This document shows, piece after piece, positions 45,472-55,110 of a stretch of DNA of 64,000 nt (positions are counted from its first letter, which is position 1; each line of letters opens with the position of its first letter). The DNA is from Thermoproteota archaeon (GTDB lineage Archaea > Korarchaeota > Korarchaeia > Korarchaeales > Korarchaeaceae): the NCBI GenBank assembly GCA_027491415.1, contig JAOZFH010000025.1, positions 19,974-83,973 on the forward strand. Reading direction: 5' to 3'. Under the pieces are notes generated by a model. That model was not told the origin of the DNA and searched no databases. It saw only the letters and a list, made by a program, of their open reading frames with translations. A program made the position numbers and the translations under genes.

Positions 45472-47097
45472 TCATGTCGGAGGGATCTCGTGAAACAGCG
45501 TCCTCACATCGACGCCCCTCCTCCTGTTGTAGACCATGTAACCCACGAAGATGGACGCTCCGGCCCCGTAGAAGAGCGAGATCCAGAGCATGTCGGATAT
45601 GGCGGCCCCCGACCCTATGAGGCTCAGGAAGAGCCAGAAGTTCAGCACCATCGTCGCTATCCCCGAGGCGGACATCAGGGGGACTCCAGCTACCTCGTGC
45701 CTCAGGGGGCTCCTTTCGTAGAGGTCGGACCTCATGAAGGGGAGCACCGTAGCGGCCGCGCCTCCGAAGACCGACGGGAACCACCACAGCAGGGTTGAGA
45801 GTCCGTCGAGGGTGTTGATGAAGCCGATCGCTCCCACGTAGTGAAGCTTCTCCGCGGCGTACCACCAGACTACGCTGAGCTGCCCAAGAACGGTCGCGAG
45901 CAGCACGGCCCTGGTGGGCGAGCCGTACCTGTTGACCTCCGCCAGGCTCTCCGGGAAGAACCTGTCGAACGACCAGGCAAACGGGAGCCTCGTGCTAACC
46001 AGGTAGAAGGCGGGGACGTCGTTTAACAGCCAGAGGGCGGCCATCAGGGCAACCAGGAGCTGTAGCGCGGGCTGACCGGGCATGAGCCCCGCGGCGAAGA
46101 GCGGGAGCATGGGCCTCCCGGAGTAGGGCATCACCTCCGCGAGCCTGTCGCCCTCCTCGAAGAATGCGTAGGTGTAGGCGCTGACGAACTCCCCGTAGGC
46201 CCCGTACAGCAGGAAGGCCGCGGAGACCATGTAGGCCGCGATGACCGCGACGGCCATGACGCCGCCCCAGACGGCGCTCTTCTTGACATCCCTCACCTCC
46301 CCGCCGATGTACGTGACCATTGCCCAGCTCCCCACGAACGCGAACATGGGGGACAGCAGGGCCCCGGCCGTGGCGTCCCAGCTTGACCTCACGTAGGCGG
46401 CGGGGTCCCATCCGGACTCCCTGGCTATAGTGAGTATGGCGTCCCAAGTCCCGACCCCGAAGGTCGCGTCCCACAGGGCGTGGGCATGCCCAAGCCCCCT
46501 GATCATGGCCCAGAAGAAGGCGGCGCTCCCGAGCACGGGTATGGCGAAGAGAAGCCAGATCAGCCTGCTGTAAGCCCTGAGACCGAAGACGGAGACCAGC
46601 CCCATGCCCAGCGTTATTGCGGTGCCCAGCGCGAGCATCCACTCGGGGCTCGTGGCGAGGAGGTCTCCGACTCGGAGCAGGGTCTGGCTGCCGATCGCCC
46701 CTCCTGCGATCTGCAGAGAGAGACCCCAATACCAGACGTCCCAGAAGGCTATGGTCCCGACGGCTATGGCGGTCGCGATCCAGTACCCCCAGCTCAGCAC
46801 GAACCCCAGCAGGGGGTTGATGGTCCTGGAGATGTACACGTAGTCCCCGCCGGTCCTGGGCATGGCCATCAGCAGGTAGGTGTAGGCCAGCGCGGTCACA
46901 ATGGCCGCCGCCCCAACGATCAGGAAGGCCAGGGGCACGTTGGCGCCGGGGTGGTCGTAGGATACCTTCACGAGGAGCCAGTTCACCCCTCCCCCAATGG
47001 TCCAAGACATGGCCGTGGCTAGGGCCGTCCAGGGCCCCACGGTCCTGACCAGGCCGGAGGCCCTGCGCACGAACAGGGTGGGTCTCCCAGACTCCAC
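45472..47097 (-). CDS. APC family amino-acid/amine permease
   Basis: LFVRRASGLVR, MPRTGGDYVYISR, GGEVR, FAWSFDR..P. Confidence 0.93.
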   Translation of the reverse strand: MESGRPTLFVRRASGLVRTVGPWTALATAMSWTIGGGVNWLLVKVSYDHPGANVPLAFLIVGAAAIVTALAYTYLLMAMPRTGGDYVYISRTINPLLGFVLSWGYWIATAIAVGTIAFWDVWYWGLSLQIAGGAIGSQTLLRVGDLLATSPEWMLALGTAITLGMGLVSVFGLRAYSRLIWLLFAIPVLGSAAFFWAMIRGLGHAHALWDATFGVGTWDAILTIARESGWDPAAYVRSSWDATAGALLSPMFAFVGSWAMVTYIGGEVRDVKKSAVWGGVMAVAVIAAYMVSAAFLLYGAYGEFVSAYTYAFFEEGDRLAEVMPYSGRPMLPLFAAGLMPGQPALQLLVALMAALWLLNDVPAFYLVSTRLPFAWSFDRFFPESLAEVNRYGSPTRAVLLATVLGQLSVVWWYAAEKLHYVGAIGFINTLDGLSTLLWWFPSVFGGAAATVLPFMRSDLYERSPLRHEVAGVPLMSASGIATMVLNFWLFLSLIGSGAAISDMLWISLFYGAGASIFVGYMVYNRRRGVDVRTLFHEIPPT

Positions 47098-47331
47098 GCT
47101 GACACCTCCCGAGTGACGAGCCGAGGCCGCGAGACGAGGGTGTGGCTACCGCGGCCTCAGCCCTGGCTTGGCTCTGGGCCTGGGACCTCTATCTGAGACT
47201 CAGACGGCCCGCTGATTCCAGCGAAAAGCAGGAAGGCGTTCACGCGGGCCGCCCTCACCGCACAGACCTCCCGGCCAGGGCCGGGGGGCTGGCGAGCGAC
47301 AGATATTAAGGGTTTCTAGAGCGGGCTCCGG

Positions 47332-48294
47332 GTGCCCGGATCTGAGGAGGTCAGGGGATACGCCGCGCTCCTCGGCGCCGCCGCGCTCTGGTCCACCACC
47401 GGCGTCGCCAGCAGGGCCGCGGTGATGTGCGGGTCAAATCCCTGGACCAACGCCTTCATGAGGGCGGGCTTCGGGGCCCTGGTGGGCGGACTGATCGCCC
47501 TCTCGGGGATGAAGGTGAGGTTCTTGGATGCCAGGATGGCGGCCTACGGGCTCCTGCTCTCAACCCCTCTCTACTCCTCCTACCTGGCCGCGGTGGAGCG
47601 CCTTGGTGCCGGGGTGGCGGCGGTCCTCCTGTACACAGCGCCTCCCATCGTGGCGGTAGCCTCGGGCCCCCTGCTGGGGGAGCCCTTGACCAGGGTGAGG
47701 GCGGCTTGCGTGTGCTTGAGCTTCCTGGGGGTCGCGCTGATTCAGCTCGGCCACTCCTCTTCCGGTGGGTTCGACCTCGCCGGGGTGGCCTTGGGTCTGA
47801 CCTCAGGCGCCTCTTACGCCGGCGTGATCCTTGCCTCGAGGGCCTTGGTGACCAGTGGGTGGGCGCCCACCGAGGTCGCCTTCGGCCCGCTCCCCTGGGC
47901 CGCCCTTGGGACCGGCCTCGTGGCGGCTCTCCGGGGAGCACTCCGGGTGCCCCCGGCGGGCGGCCTCCTCTGGGGCGCCTACCTGGGCGCCTTCACGGCG
48001 GCGGGGGCGTACCTGCTCCACGCCTCCGGGCTGTCTAGGGTCCAGGCCACCCCGGCCGGGGTCGTGTCCAACCTCGAGCCCGTGCTCGCGATAGCGCTGG
48101 GCGCGGTCTTTCTCTGGGAGGCCCTGAGCCCCCTCAGGCTGGCCGGGGCGGCGCTGGTCATATCCTCCGCCGTCGCCGTCTCGGCCGAGGACGTGCTTCA
48201 CGAGCCCACGTCCAGGTACCTGGAGAGCTCCCACTCGCTCACGGCCAGGCGCGTGGACCCCCAGTCGCCGACTTCCCGCAGGTACTCCCGGTAG
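47332..48294 (+). CDS. EamA/DMT family transporter
   Basis: LWST, LLYTAP..LGE, NLEPV, about 10 TM. Confidence 0.9.
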   Translation: MPGSEEVRGYAALLGAAALWSTTGVASRAAVMCGSNPWTNAFMRAGFGALVGGLIALSGMKVRFLDARMAAYGLLLSTPLYSSYLAAVERLGAGVAAVLLYTAPPIVAVASGPLLGEPLTRVRAACVCLSFLGVALIQLGHSSSGGFDLAGVALGLTSGASYAGVILASRALVTSGWAPTEVAFGPLPWAALGTGLVAALRGALRVPPAGGLLWGAYLGAFTAAGAYLLHASGLSRVQATPAGVVSNLEPVLAIALGAVFLWEALSPLRLAGAALVISSAVAVSAEDVLHEPTSRYLESSHSLTARRVDPQSPTSRRYSR

Positions 48295-49433
48295 TCCGCC
48301 TCCAGCCTGCCCGCTATTGCGTCGACCACCCTGTCGGTTAGCACCTTCCTCGCGAACTCGCTGGACCTGAGCTCCCTAGCCGCCTCCCCTGGATCGGCCG
48401 GGAGCGTCTCCAGGCCGTCTGCCTCGTACACGTTCACCCTGACCTCCTCCGGGGGATCCAACCTCTCCTCTATTCCCTCGAGGCCCGCCGCGATGGCGAG
48501 GGCGGCCACGAGGTGCGGGCTGGAAGACGAGTCGGGCACCCTGAACTCGATGCGCTCGAAAGACCCCCCGTACCACGGGACGCGTACGAGGGCGCTCCTG
48601 TTGGACCTCCCCCAGGCCAGGTACACCGGGGCCTCGTGCCCGGGGACGAGCCTCTTGTAGGAGTTGACGGTGGGCGCTGCCACTGCCGTGATCTCCCTCG
48701 CCCTCCGAAGGAGGCCCGCCAGGAACGAGAGCGCCACCTTGCTGGGGCCACCACCGTCAAGGAACGCGCTTCTCCCGTCCCTGAGCAGGCTCAGGTGGAG
48801 GTGCATGCCGCTCCCGTTGACGCTCGAGAAGGGCTTCGGCATGAAGGTCGCCCCCATGCCGGCCGCCTCGAACTCCCGCCTAACAAGCGCCTTCAGCGCG
48901 ACCACAGAGTCGCAGACCTCCAGTGGGTCGCCCCCGGCGGGGACGATCTCGTACTGCCCAGGCGCGACCTCGTGGTGGAACTTGACCACCCTCAGCCCCA
49001 GCTCCCCAGCCACCCTCGCTATCTCGAGGAGCACGCTCTCGACCTCCCTAGGTGGAAGGGAGAAGTAGCCGAGGCGATCCACTGGCCGTATCTCACCGGC
49101 GCGCCCCCTCCGGATCGCGAAGAACTCGGGCTCGACCCCCAGCCTGACCTGAAACCCCATCTCGGAGGCCGACCTCAGGACCCTGCGGAGTGCCTCCCTG
49201 GGAGAGTGCTCTAGGGGCCTCCCCGTCGGCCCTAGGGTCTCGGCGAAGGCGAGCGCGCCTCCTGCGTTGAACTCCAGGCGAACGTCGCTGTCGTGAATGT
49301 CGGCCAGCCAGTCCACGGACGAGCCGTCCAACCCAGTCTGCCGCTCGTCCCCCCCGAAGAGGTAGACGACCCTCAGGGCGCCGGTGTGGTCGGGTATTGC
49401 GACCATGACGGGACCGCGCGACTGTTCGGCCAT
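48198..49433 (-). CDS. glnA: Glutamine synthetase type I
   Basis: DGSS, EPEFF, HHEVAPGQYE, FMPKP..NGSGMH, NSYKRLVPGHEAP, NRSALVRVP, IEFR. Confidence 0.9.
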   Translation of the reverse strand: MAEQSRGPVMVAIPDHTGALRVVYLFGGDERQTGLDGSSVDWLADIHDSDVRLEFNAGGALAFAETLGPTGRPLEHSPREALRRVLRSASEMGFQVRLGVEPEFFAIRRGRAGEIRPVDRLGYFSLPPREVESVLLEIARVAGELGLRVVKFHHEVAPGQYEIVPAGGDPLEVCDSVVALKALVRREFEAAGMGATFMPKPFSSVNGSGMHLHLSLLRDGRSAFLDGGGPSKVALSFLAGLLRRAREITAVAAPTVNSYKRLVPGHEAPVYLAWGRSNRSALVRVPWYGGSFERIEFRVPDSSSSPHLVAALAIAAGLEGIEERLDPPEEVRVNVYEADGLETLPADPGEAARELRSSEFARKVLTDRVVDAIAGRLEADYREYLREVGDWGSTRLAVSEWELSRYLDVGS

Positions 49434-49519
49434 TGGCGCTCGGTTCGCCGTGGTCAGTAATATGTCATTTGAAGGTCTTGCCGAACGAATGCACGGATTT
49501 TAAATTTTAGTTCGGACAG

Positions 49520-50026
49520 TTGTATCCAATGCCTCTCGGCCGCCGGCTGGAATCGGATCTGGACGAGCTGGACCTGAGGTTGATAAGGGCCATCTCAACC
49601 TACCCGGGCGCCTCGATAAGGACGCTGGCGGGCATTCTGCGGGTGTCGCCTTCGACCGTCTCGAAGAGGGTGAGGAGGCTGAGGGAAGTCGGGATCCTGA
49701 GGGGGCGCGGCCTCAGGCCCTTCTTCAACTACGAGAAGCTGGGATTCGACCTGACGGCCATTGTGGAGGTGACCGTCTCTGGAGGCAAGCTCTTGGAGGT
49801 CGAGAGGAAGATAGCGGAGGATCCCCACGTGACCGCCGTCTACGACGTGACCGGCCCGTCCGACGTGATAGTGGTGGCGAGGTTCGAGGGGAGGGCCCAG
49901 CTGAGCGAGTTCGTGAAGGGGCTGCTCGCGATGCCCAACGTCGAGCGGACGAACACGAGGGTCGTCCTAAACGTGATAAAGGAGGACGACTCCGGCCTAA
50001 TCGACCTCCTCACGTCGAAAGCGTGA
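49520..50026 (+). CDS. Lrp/AsnC family regulator, divergent from glnA
   Basis: LDELDLRLI, SPSTVSKRVRRL, VYDVTG..D, TNT. Confidence 0.92.
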   Translation: MYPMPLGRRLESDLDELDLRLIRAISTYPGASIRTLAGILRVSPSTVSKRVRRLREVGILRGRGLRPFFNYEKLGFDLTAIVEVTVSGGKLLEVERKIAEDPHVTAVYDVTGPSDVIVVARFEGRAQLSEFVKGLLAMPNVERTNTRVVLNVIKEDDSGLIDLLTSKA

Positions 50027-50521
50027 TCAGCCCCTTATGGCGGGTGCGGTCACGATCCCCATCCCGATGGCGTCAGGGAGAACCTCCCTCACCCGCCGGA
50101 GTAGCTTGGACGTCTTGCCGGGGTCCTCGTAGGAGGAGACCAGCCTGTCTATGGTCTTCCTCACGTGCTTGGGAAGCATCAGCCTCCTCCTCCTGAAGGC
50201 GGGAGACGCCATCAAGATGCTGGCATCCTCTCCACCCTTTGTGAGGATTCCCGACTCGGAGAGCTCCTCTGCCACGGACCTTATCTCCTCGGAGGAGGGG
50301 AGTCCAGAGGCCAGTTTCCATTCCAGCCCCAATCCGGGCTTCCTCTTCCTCGCGAGCTCAAACTCCGCCAGGAAGAGGATCAGCTGAAGCCTCATCGGAG
50401 TCAGCCCCTCTCTCGCCTTTGCCAGCGTATAGACCACGAGCGAATCTGTCTTCACCGCCTCAAGCCCCGCCGACTCATCCTGTGTGAACTTGAAGGCGCC
50501 CGTAAAAGGCGGCATGCCCAA
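50027..50521 (-). CDS. wHTH protein resembling Panacea/DUF4065 antitoxin-like domains
   Basis: RLQLILFLAE...LEWKLASGLPSSEEI..EL...G resembles the KLQKLLY...F....GP.S..I pattern. Confidence 0.5.
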   Translation of the reverse strand: MGMPPFTGAFKFTQDESAGLEAVKTDSLVVYTLAKAREGLTPMRLQLILFLAEFELARKRKPGLGLEWKLASGLPSSEEIRSVAEELSESGILTKGGEDASILMASPAFRRRRLMLPKHVRKTIDRLVSSYEDPGKTSKLLRRVREVLPDAIGMGIVTAPAIRG

Positions 50522-50610
50522 GGCACCCTCCTCAGAGGCCCGGTTGGTCTATCCCTCGCGCTCCAATATAGGTTTTTCAGCCACTTTTTCCATTGCCCGC
50601 CCCCTCAGCT

Positions 50611-51426
50611 TCACTCTACCCTCAGGAGCGAGATCAGGTAGAATGCGGCGCTCACCATCCCGGCTATGGCGCTTGGGGACACGTTGACGATCGCCGACAG
50701 CAGGAGTCCCATGGCTATCGAGCCAGCCGAGATGAGGAAGGCCAGAGCCATGCAGTGCTTCGGACCTCTCGCGAACCTCACGGCCGCTCCGGCCGGGGCG
50801 ACGACGAGGGCGTAGACTAGTATGGCGCCGACGGCCTTGGTCATGGCCGACACGCTGAGGGCTATGACCGTCAGCATGATCCAGTCGTAGAGGCCGACCC
50901 TCAGACCGTGGGCCTCAGATCCGACCGGGTCGAAGGAAGAGTATACGAACTCCCTGTAGAAGGCCGTGATAGCCGCCAGCGAGAGCGTCGCCGTGAGCGC
51001 TATGGTGGCCAGGTCGACCGGGGACAGCAGGAGAATGTCCCCCACCAGGTAGCCCCACACGAGGGGGAGCTTCTCCGGCGGGAGCCAGTACATCAGGAGG
51101 ACCGTCAGGCTCATGGAACCCGCAAAGGAGACGCCCACTGCCACCTCCATCGACTCGCCGCTCCGACCCCCCCTGCCCGCGGCGCCGACGACCGAGGCCA
51201 CTACGACGGCCATCCCCGCGGCCCCGAAGGTTGGGTCCAGCCACGGCAGCCTCGACTGTAGGAGCAGCGCTAGGGCCGCCCCTCCCAGCGCGGCGTGGGC
51301 GGCGGCGCTCACCAGGAAGGACAGCCCTCTGAACACCACCAGCGGGCCAAGCGCGCCGGCGGACACGGACACCAGCAGGCCGGCGACGGCGGCCAAGAGG
51401 ATCGTCTCGATCGCCACCCGCATCAC
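50611..51426 (-). CDS. znuB: Zn/Mn ABC transporter permease
   Basis: AHAALGG, YLVGDIL, SFDP, VGAILV. Confidence 0.9.
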   Translation of the reverse strand: MMRVAIETILLAAVAGLLVSVSAGALGPLVVFRGLSFLVSAAAHAALGGAALALLLQSRLPWLDPTFGAAGMAVVVASVVGAAGRGGRSGESMEVAVGVSFAGSMSLTVLLMYWLPPEKLPLVWGYLVGDILLLSPVDLATIALTATLSLAAITAFYREFVYSSFDPVGSEAHGLRVGLYDWIMLTVIALSVSAMTKAVGAILVYALVVAPAGAAVRFARGPKHCMALAFLISAGSIAMGLLLSAIVNVSPSAIAGMVSAAFYLISLLRVE

Positions 51427-51427
51427 C

Positions 51428-52216
51428 TCACCTGTGAGCGTCGCCCACGATCGCGTAGCATATTCCGCCCACCTCCACGACCTTCGCCACGGGCCCGTAG
51501 ATCTTCCTCAGGTTCTCCGGGGTCAGGGCTGCTGCCAGGGGTCCCGCCGCGACGAGCCTCCCCTCGCTGAGCAGGGCGACGTAGTCCGCGATGGGAGCCA
51601 GGGGGTTGACATCGTGGGTTACCACCACGGACCCAACCCCCTTCTCATCTCTCAGCCTGGCCAGAACCTCCGCGATCTTCCTCCTGCTCTCCGCGTCGAC
51701 GGCAGAGAGGGGCTCGTCGAGGAGGAGGAGTTCCGGCTTGGAGGCGAGCGCCCTGGCAATGAGGACCCTCTGCTGCTGGCCGCCAGAGAGCTTCTTGAAG
51801 CACCTGTCCCTGGCCCAGAGCATGTCCACGAACTCCAGAGCCTCCTCCGCGGCGTCGACATCCTCCCTCGTGGGCCTGCGCGGCGGTCCCTTCTTGATCA
51901 GCCTGGCCATGAGGGCGACGTCGATGACCCTGAGGGGAACGCCCCACGACACCTCCTCCTTCTGTGGGACGTAGGCGACCCGTCTCCGGACCTCCTCTAA
52001 CCTCCCTGGCACCGGGACCCCGAGGACCCGAATTTCCCCGCTCAGGATCCTTGCCAGGCCGAGGGATGCCTTGAGGAGCGTGGTCTTCCCCGCCCCGTTT
52101 GGGCCCATAATCACGGAGACGGAGGGGTGGGGGATTGCGAGGTCAACACCCCTGAGGACCGGCCGGCTCCCATAACCCACGTCGAGCCCTCGGGCCTCGA
52201 TGGCGTGGCTCGGCAC
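51428..52216 (-). CDS. znuC: Zn/Mn ABC transporter ATPase
   Basis: GPNGAGKTT, YVPQ, LSGGQQQR, LLDEP, THD. Confidence 0.92.
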   Translation of the reverse strand: MPSHAIEARGLDVGYGSRPVLRGVDLAIPHPSVSVIMGPNGAGKTTLLKASLGLARILSGEIRVLGVPVPGRLEEVRRRVAYVPQKEEVSWGVPLRVIDVALMARLIKKGPPRRPTREDVDAAEEALEFVDMLWARDRCFKKLSGGQQQRVLIARALASKPELLLLDEPLSAVDAESRRKIAEVLARLRDEKGVGSVVVTHDVNPLAPIADYVALLSEGRLVAAGPLAAALTPENLRKIYGPVAKVVEVGGICYAIVGDAHR

Positions 52217-52234
52217 TCAAGACCACCCCCTGGC

Positions 52235-53236
52235 TCACGCGGCCTTCCAGAGGGCCACCGCCAGCCCCAGAATCGCCACCGCGGAGGCGGCCACCACGCA
52301 CATGGCCAGCGACCACCCCCCGCCCTCGGCTGGCGTAGCTCTCAGGCTGGAGTCTATGGAACCAAGGTTCCACGCCCACAGGGCCTCATAGCTCGATAGG
52401 CCACTGGACAGGACCCTGACCCTGAGAATAGTGGCTCCGTGCTCCTCAGCTAGTTGTATAGCCATCTGACCCGGCTTAAGCCTCTCGCTGACCTCTGACA
52501 CGGTGACGAACCTCACCTCCCCCCTCTCCACCGCGCGCCCGAGCTGGTCCAGCTCTCCGGCTCCGATCACCGCGCCCGGACCCCTGCCGATGGTGTCGAC
52601 TGGGATCATCCCGAGGGTCGAGGCGATGTAGGCCTCCGCCGGAACGGATACGATCACCTTCTGGGCCCTCAGCCCTCTAGATGACGAGAACGAGTTGATG
52701 GTCTCCTTTAGACTCTCGATCTTCCCCCTGAACTGGGACAGCGACTCCTCATAGGCTTCTGCTCCACCCGGATCTATCCTCTCCAGCGCCTCGACCGCCG
52801 CCTCCCCTATGGCGAGGGCGTTGTTGGGGTCCAGCCAGAAGCCGTGGATGTCGTCCCCGCCCTGCCCGGGAACGGGAATAAGCCTCAGCCCGTGCCTCTG
52901 GTAGTCCTCCATTCCTATCACTGGAGCGTCGGCCACCTCCGCGACCTGCTCCTCCACGGGGAGGTGGGCGACCGTGACTATGAGCGCCGCTCTCTCCACG
53001 GCCTCAATGGCCTCCGGGGTCGCCTGGTAGGTGTGCGGCTCCGCCCCCTCCGGCACTATCACGAACACGTCAACGTGGCCGCCCGTGGCCTCGCTCACTA
53101 TGGCCCCCAAGGGCTCCAAGCTCACCGCCACCAGCACGCGCCCGTCGTCCGACGAGGCGGGCGAGATTGAGGGGGAGAGCAGGGTCAGCCACAGGGAGGC
53201 CAGGATCAGGAGGGCTCGCCCTCTCTCGAGCCTCAT
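52235..53236 (-). CDS. znuA: Zn/Mn ABC substrate-binding protein with a C-terminal TM
   Basis: EPHTYQ, DIHGFWLDP, IDP..A..Y. Confidence 0.88.
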   Translation of the reverse strand: MRLERGRALLILASLWLTLLSPSISPASSDDGRVLVAVSLEPLGAIVSEATGGHVDVFVIVPEGAEPHTYQATPEAIEAVERAALIVTVAHLPVEEQVAEVADAPVIGMEDYQRHGLRLIPVPGQGGDDIHGFWLDPNNALAIGEAAVEALERIDPGGAEAYEESLSQFRGKIESLKETINSFSSSRGLRAQKVIVSVPAEAYIASTLGMIPVDTIGRGPGAVIGAGELDQLGRAVERGEVRFVTVSEVSERLKPGQMAIQLAEEHGATILRVRVLSSGLSSYEALWAWNLGSIDSSLRATPAEGGGWSLAMCVVAASAVAILGLAVALWKAA

Positions 53237-53655
53237 GGGACCACCTCCGGGTGCGGGATCGGACGCCCGTGGGGGCAGACGCGCGGGTGCCCCATCCTCT
53301 CGCAGAGCCTGACGAGCGAGTCCCGGGGCAAAAGCATCTCGAGCCTCGTCGCCGCCTCGCAGGCCGTCTCCGAGTCGATCCCAAGCTCCTCACAGAGGAA
53401 GGACTCTATCACCCTGTGCCTCCACAGGAGTTCCTCGGACACTGAGAGGCCCTCGGGGGTGAGCGTCACGCCCTCCCCCCGCCGGTACTCGACGAGTCCC
53501 ATCCCCTCCAGTCTCTTGAGCGCCGAGATTGCTGTGGGGAGGCGAACTCTGAACTCTCGAGCAATCTCCGTGGGGGAGAGCCCACTCTCGCTGTCCCGGA
53601 GGAGCCGGAGGTACCTGCAGTCCCGCGCCGTCAGCCCGAGGTCTTCGGGGGTCAT
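53233..53655 (-). CDS. DtxR/MntR family metal-dependent regulator
   Basis: EIAREF.V..PT, LTPEG, RHRVIE.FL, A..LE, CPHGRPIP. Confidence 0.93.
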   Translation of the reverse strand: MTPEDLGLTARDCRYLRLLRDSESGLSPTEIAREFRVRLPTAISALKRLEGMGLVEYRRGEGVTLTPEGLSVSEELLWRHRVIESFLCEELGIDSETACEAATRLEMLLPRDSLVRLCERMGHPRVCPHGRPIPHPEVVP

Positions 53656-53657
53656 CG

Positions 53658-53702
53658 GTTAGCGCGGCGCTACCGGCCTCAAAAACTTAGCGCCGCGCTA
53701 AC
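53658..53702. promoter_or_regulatory. Twin DtxR-type operator boxes (TTAG-N7-CTAA)
   Basis: ttagcgcggcgctac (53659-53673) and ttagcgccgcgctaa (53687-53701). Together they form a perfect 15-bp inverted repeat directly upstream of the regulator ATG. Confidence 0.8.
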
Positions 53703-53781
53703 GACCGACGAGGGGCTACGCTCACCGTCGATGTAGGTTATGGTTATTACAGAAACCCCCAGGGGCCCAACAGGTGCGAGC

Positions 53782-55032
53782 ATGAGCAAGGGCCAACTGA
53801 TTGGAATCCTGGTGGTGCTGATAGTGATCGTGGCTGGCGTGTGGTACGCGACCAGGCCGAAGGCTCCAGCGACTCCCGCCCCCACCACCCCTGCCCCGAC
53901 CACGGCCGCGCCCACCACGACCGCGCCTCCGCAGACCACCGCCCCCCCGAAGAAGGTCAAGGTTGCCGTCATGTTCGACATAGGTGGCAGGGGCGACCTG
54001 GGGTTCAACGACATGGCCTGGATGGGGGCTGAGAGGGCCAAGAAGGACTTCGGCGTCGAGGTCACCTATGTCCAGCCCAGGTCCGAGGCCGACTACATCC
54101 CTAGGCTCAGGGAGCTCGCCGGCAGCGGCGAGTACGACCTGATAATAGGGGTCGGCTTCCTGCTGACCGACGCCATCCACCAGGTGGCCCAGGAGTACCC
54201 CAACCAGTGGTTTGCCATCGTGGACTCCGCCACGCCCGACCCCAACGTAAGGGGAATCCTGTTCAAGGAGAACGAGGGCTCTGCCCTGGTCGGAATCCTG
54301 GCCGCCTACGTGACCGAGAGCAACAAGGTGGGCGTCGTCCTGGGAATGGAGATCCCAGTGCTGTACCACTTCGAGGCCGGCTTCTACTGGGGAGTCAACT
54401 ACGTCGAGAACAAGACCGGAAAGGACGTCCAGATCATATACAAGTACACCGGGAGCTTCGTGGACAGGGCCCTCGGGAAGCAGGTGTCCGAGGGCATGCT
54501 GGCCCAGGGTGCTGACGTCCTGTACAACGTCGCCGGCCTGACCGGCCTGGGCGTCCTCGACGCGGTCCACGACTTCAACGTCCAGCACGGCAAGGAGTTT
54601 GGTCCCCCGTTCGCCATAGGCGTCGACAGCTGCCAGGACTGGATGTACCCAGGCCACGTCATAGCCAGCATGATGAAGAGGGTTGACAACGGCGTCTACT
54701 ACGCCATCAGGGATGTGGTCTACGGCAACTTCACCGGCGGCATCGTGGCCTACGGGATCAAGGAGGGAGGCGTGGGCATCAGCGGACTGGAGGAGCTCCA
54801 AGCCTTCATGCAGATAGCCCAGGAGATGGGCACCGAGCTTCCCGACACGCCAGAGAACATCATCGCGAAGTGGCAGCAGATGAGGGCCATGTACCCCGAG
54901 GAGGTCTGGAACACCATCGAGGAGGTCAAGCAGAAGATCATCAGCGGCGAGATCCAAGTACCCACAACCGACTCTCCCGAGGAGATCCAGGCCATCAGGC
55001 AGAGGTACGGCGTCGGAGTGCTGGGAGGCTGA
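53782..55032 (+). CDS. BMP family nucleoside ABC substrate-binding protein
   Basis: TM plus P/T linker, GGRGDLGFND, FKENEG, GADV, AIGVD, SMMKRVD. Confidence 0.93.
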   Translation: MSKGQLIGILVVLIVIVAGVWYATRPKAPATPAPTTPAPTTAAPTTTAPPQTTAPPKKVKVAVMFDIGGRGDLGFNDMAWMGAERAKKDFGVEVTYVQPRSEADYIPRLRELAGSGEYDLIIGVGFLLTDAIHQVAQEYPNQWFAIVDSATPDPNVRGILFKENEGSALVGILAAYVTESNKVGVVLGMEIPVLYHFEAGFYWGVNYVENKTGKDVQIIYKYTGSFVDRALGKQVSEGMLAQGADVLYNVAGLTGLGVLDAVHDFNVQHGKEFGPPFAIGVDSCQDWMYPGHVIASMMKRVDNGVYYAIRDVVYGNFTGGIVAYGIKEGGVGISGLEELQAFMQIAQEMGTELPDTPENIIAKWQQMRAMYPEEVWNTIEEVKQKIISGEIQVPTTDSPEEIQAIRQRYGVGVLGG

Positions 55033-55110
55033 ACTCCCGGCCCTTCCTCCTCTCTTTTTAATTTCCGGCCGCGCACCGCCCAGTCGTCTGACTGGTGAAA
55101 GGACGGTGAT

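Noticed and set aside
47170-47250. TPP riboswitch (ctgaga motif)
   Set aside because: The motif is on the wrong strand for the permease, and the ACCTGAT and GCGNAGG elements are missing.
48198-49433. Gamma-glutamyl-amine ligase (PuuA-like) instead of GS
   Set aside because: The flap Glu (PGHEAP) and the DSD Asp are retained, which favours a true GS, although the N-domain is compact.
53866-53950. Tandem ACC/CCC-rich repeat (also near 1525-1595)
   Set aside because: It encodes an ordinary Pro/Thr/Ser linker of an exported protein.
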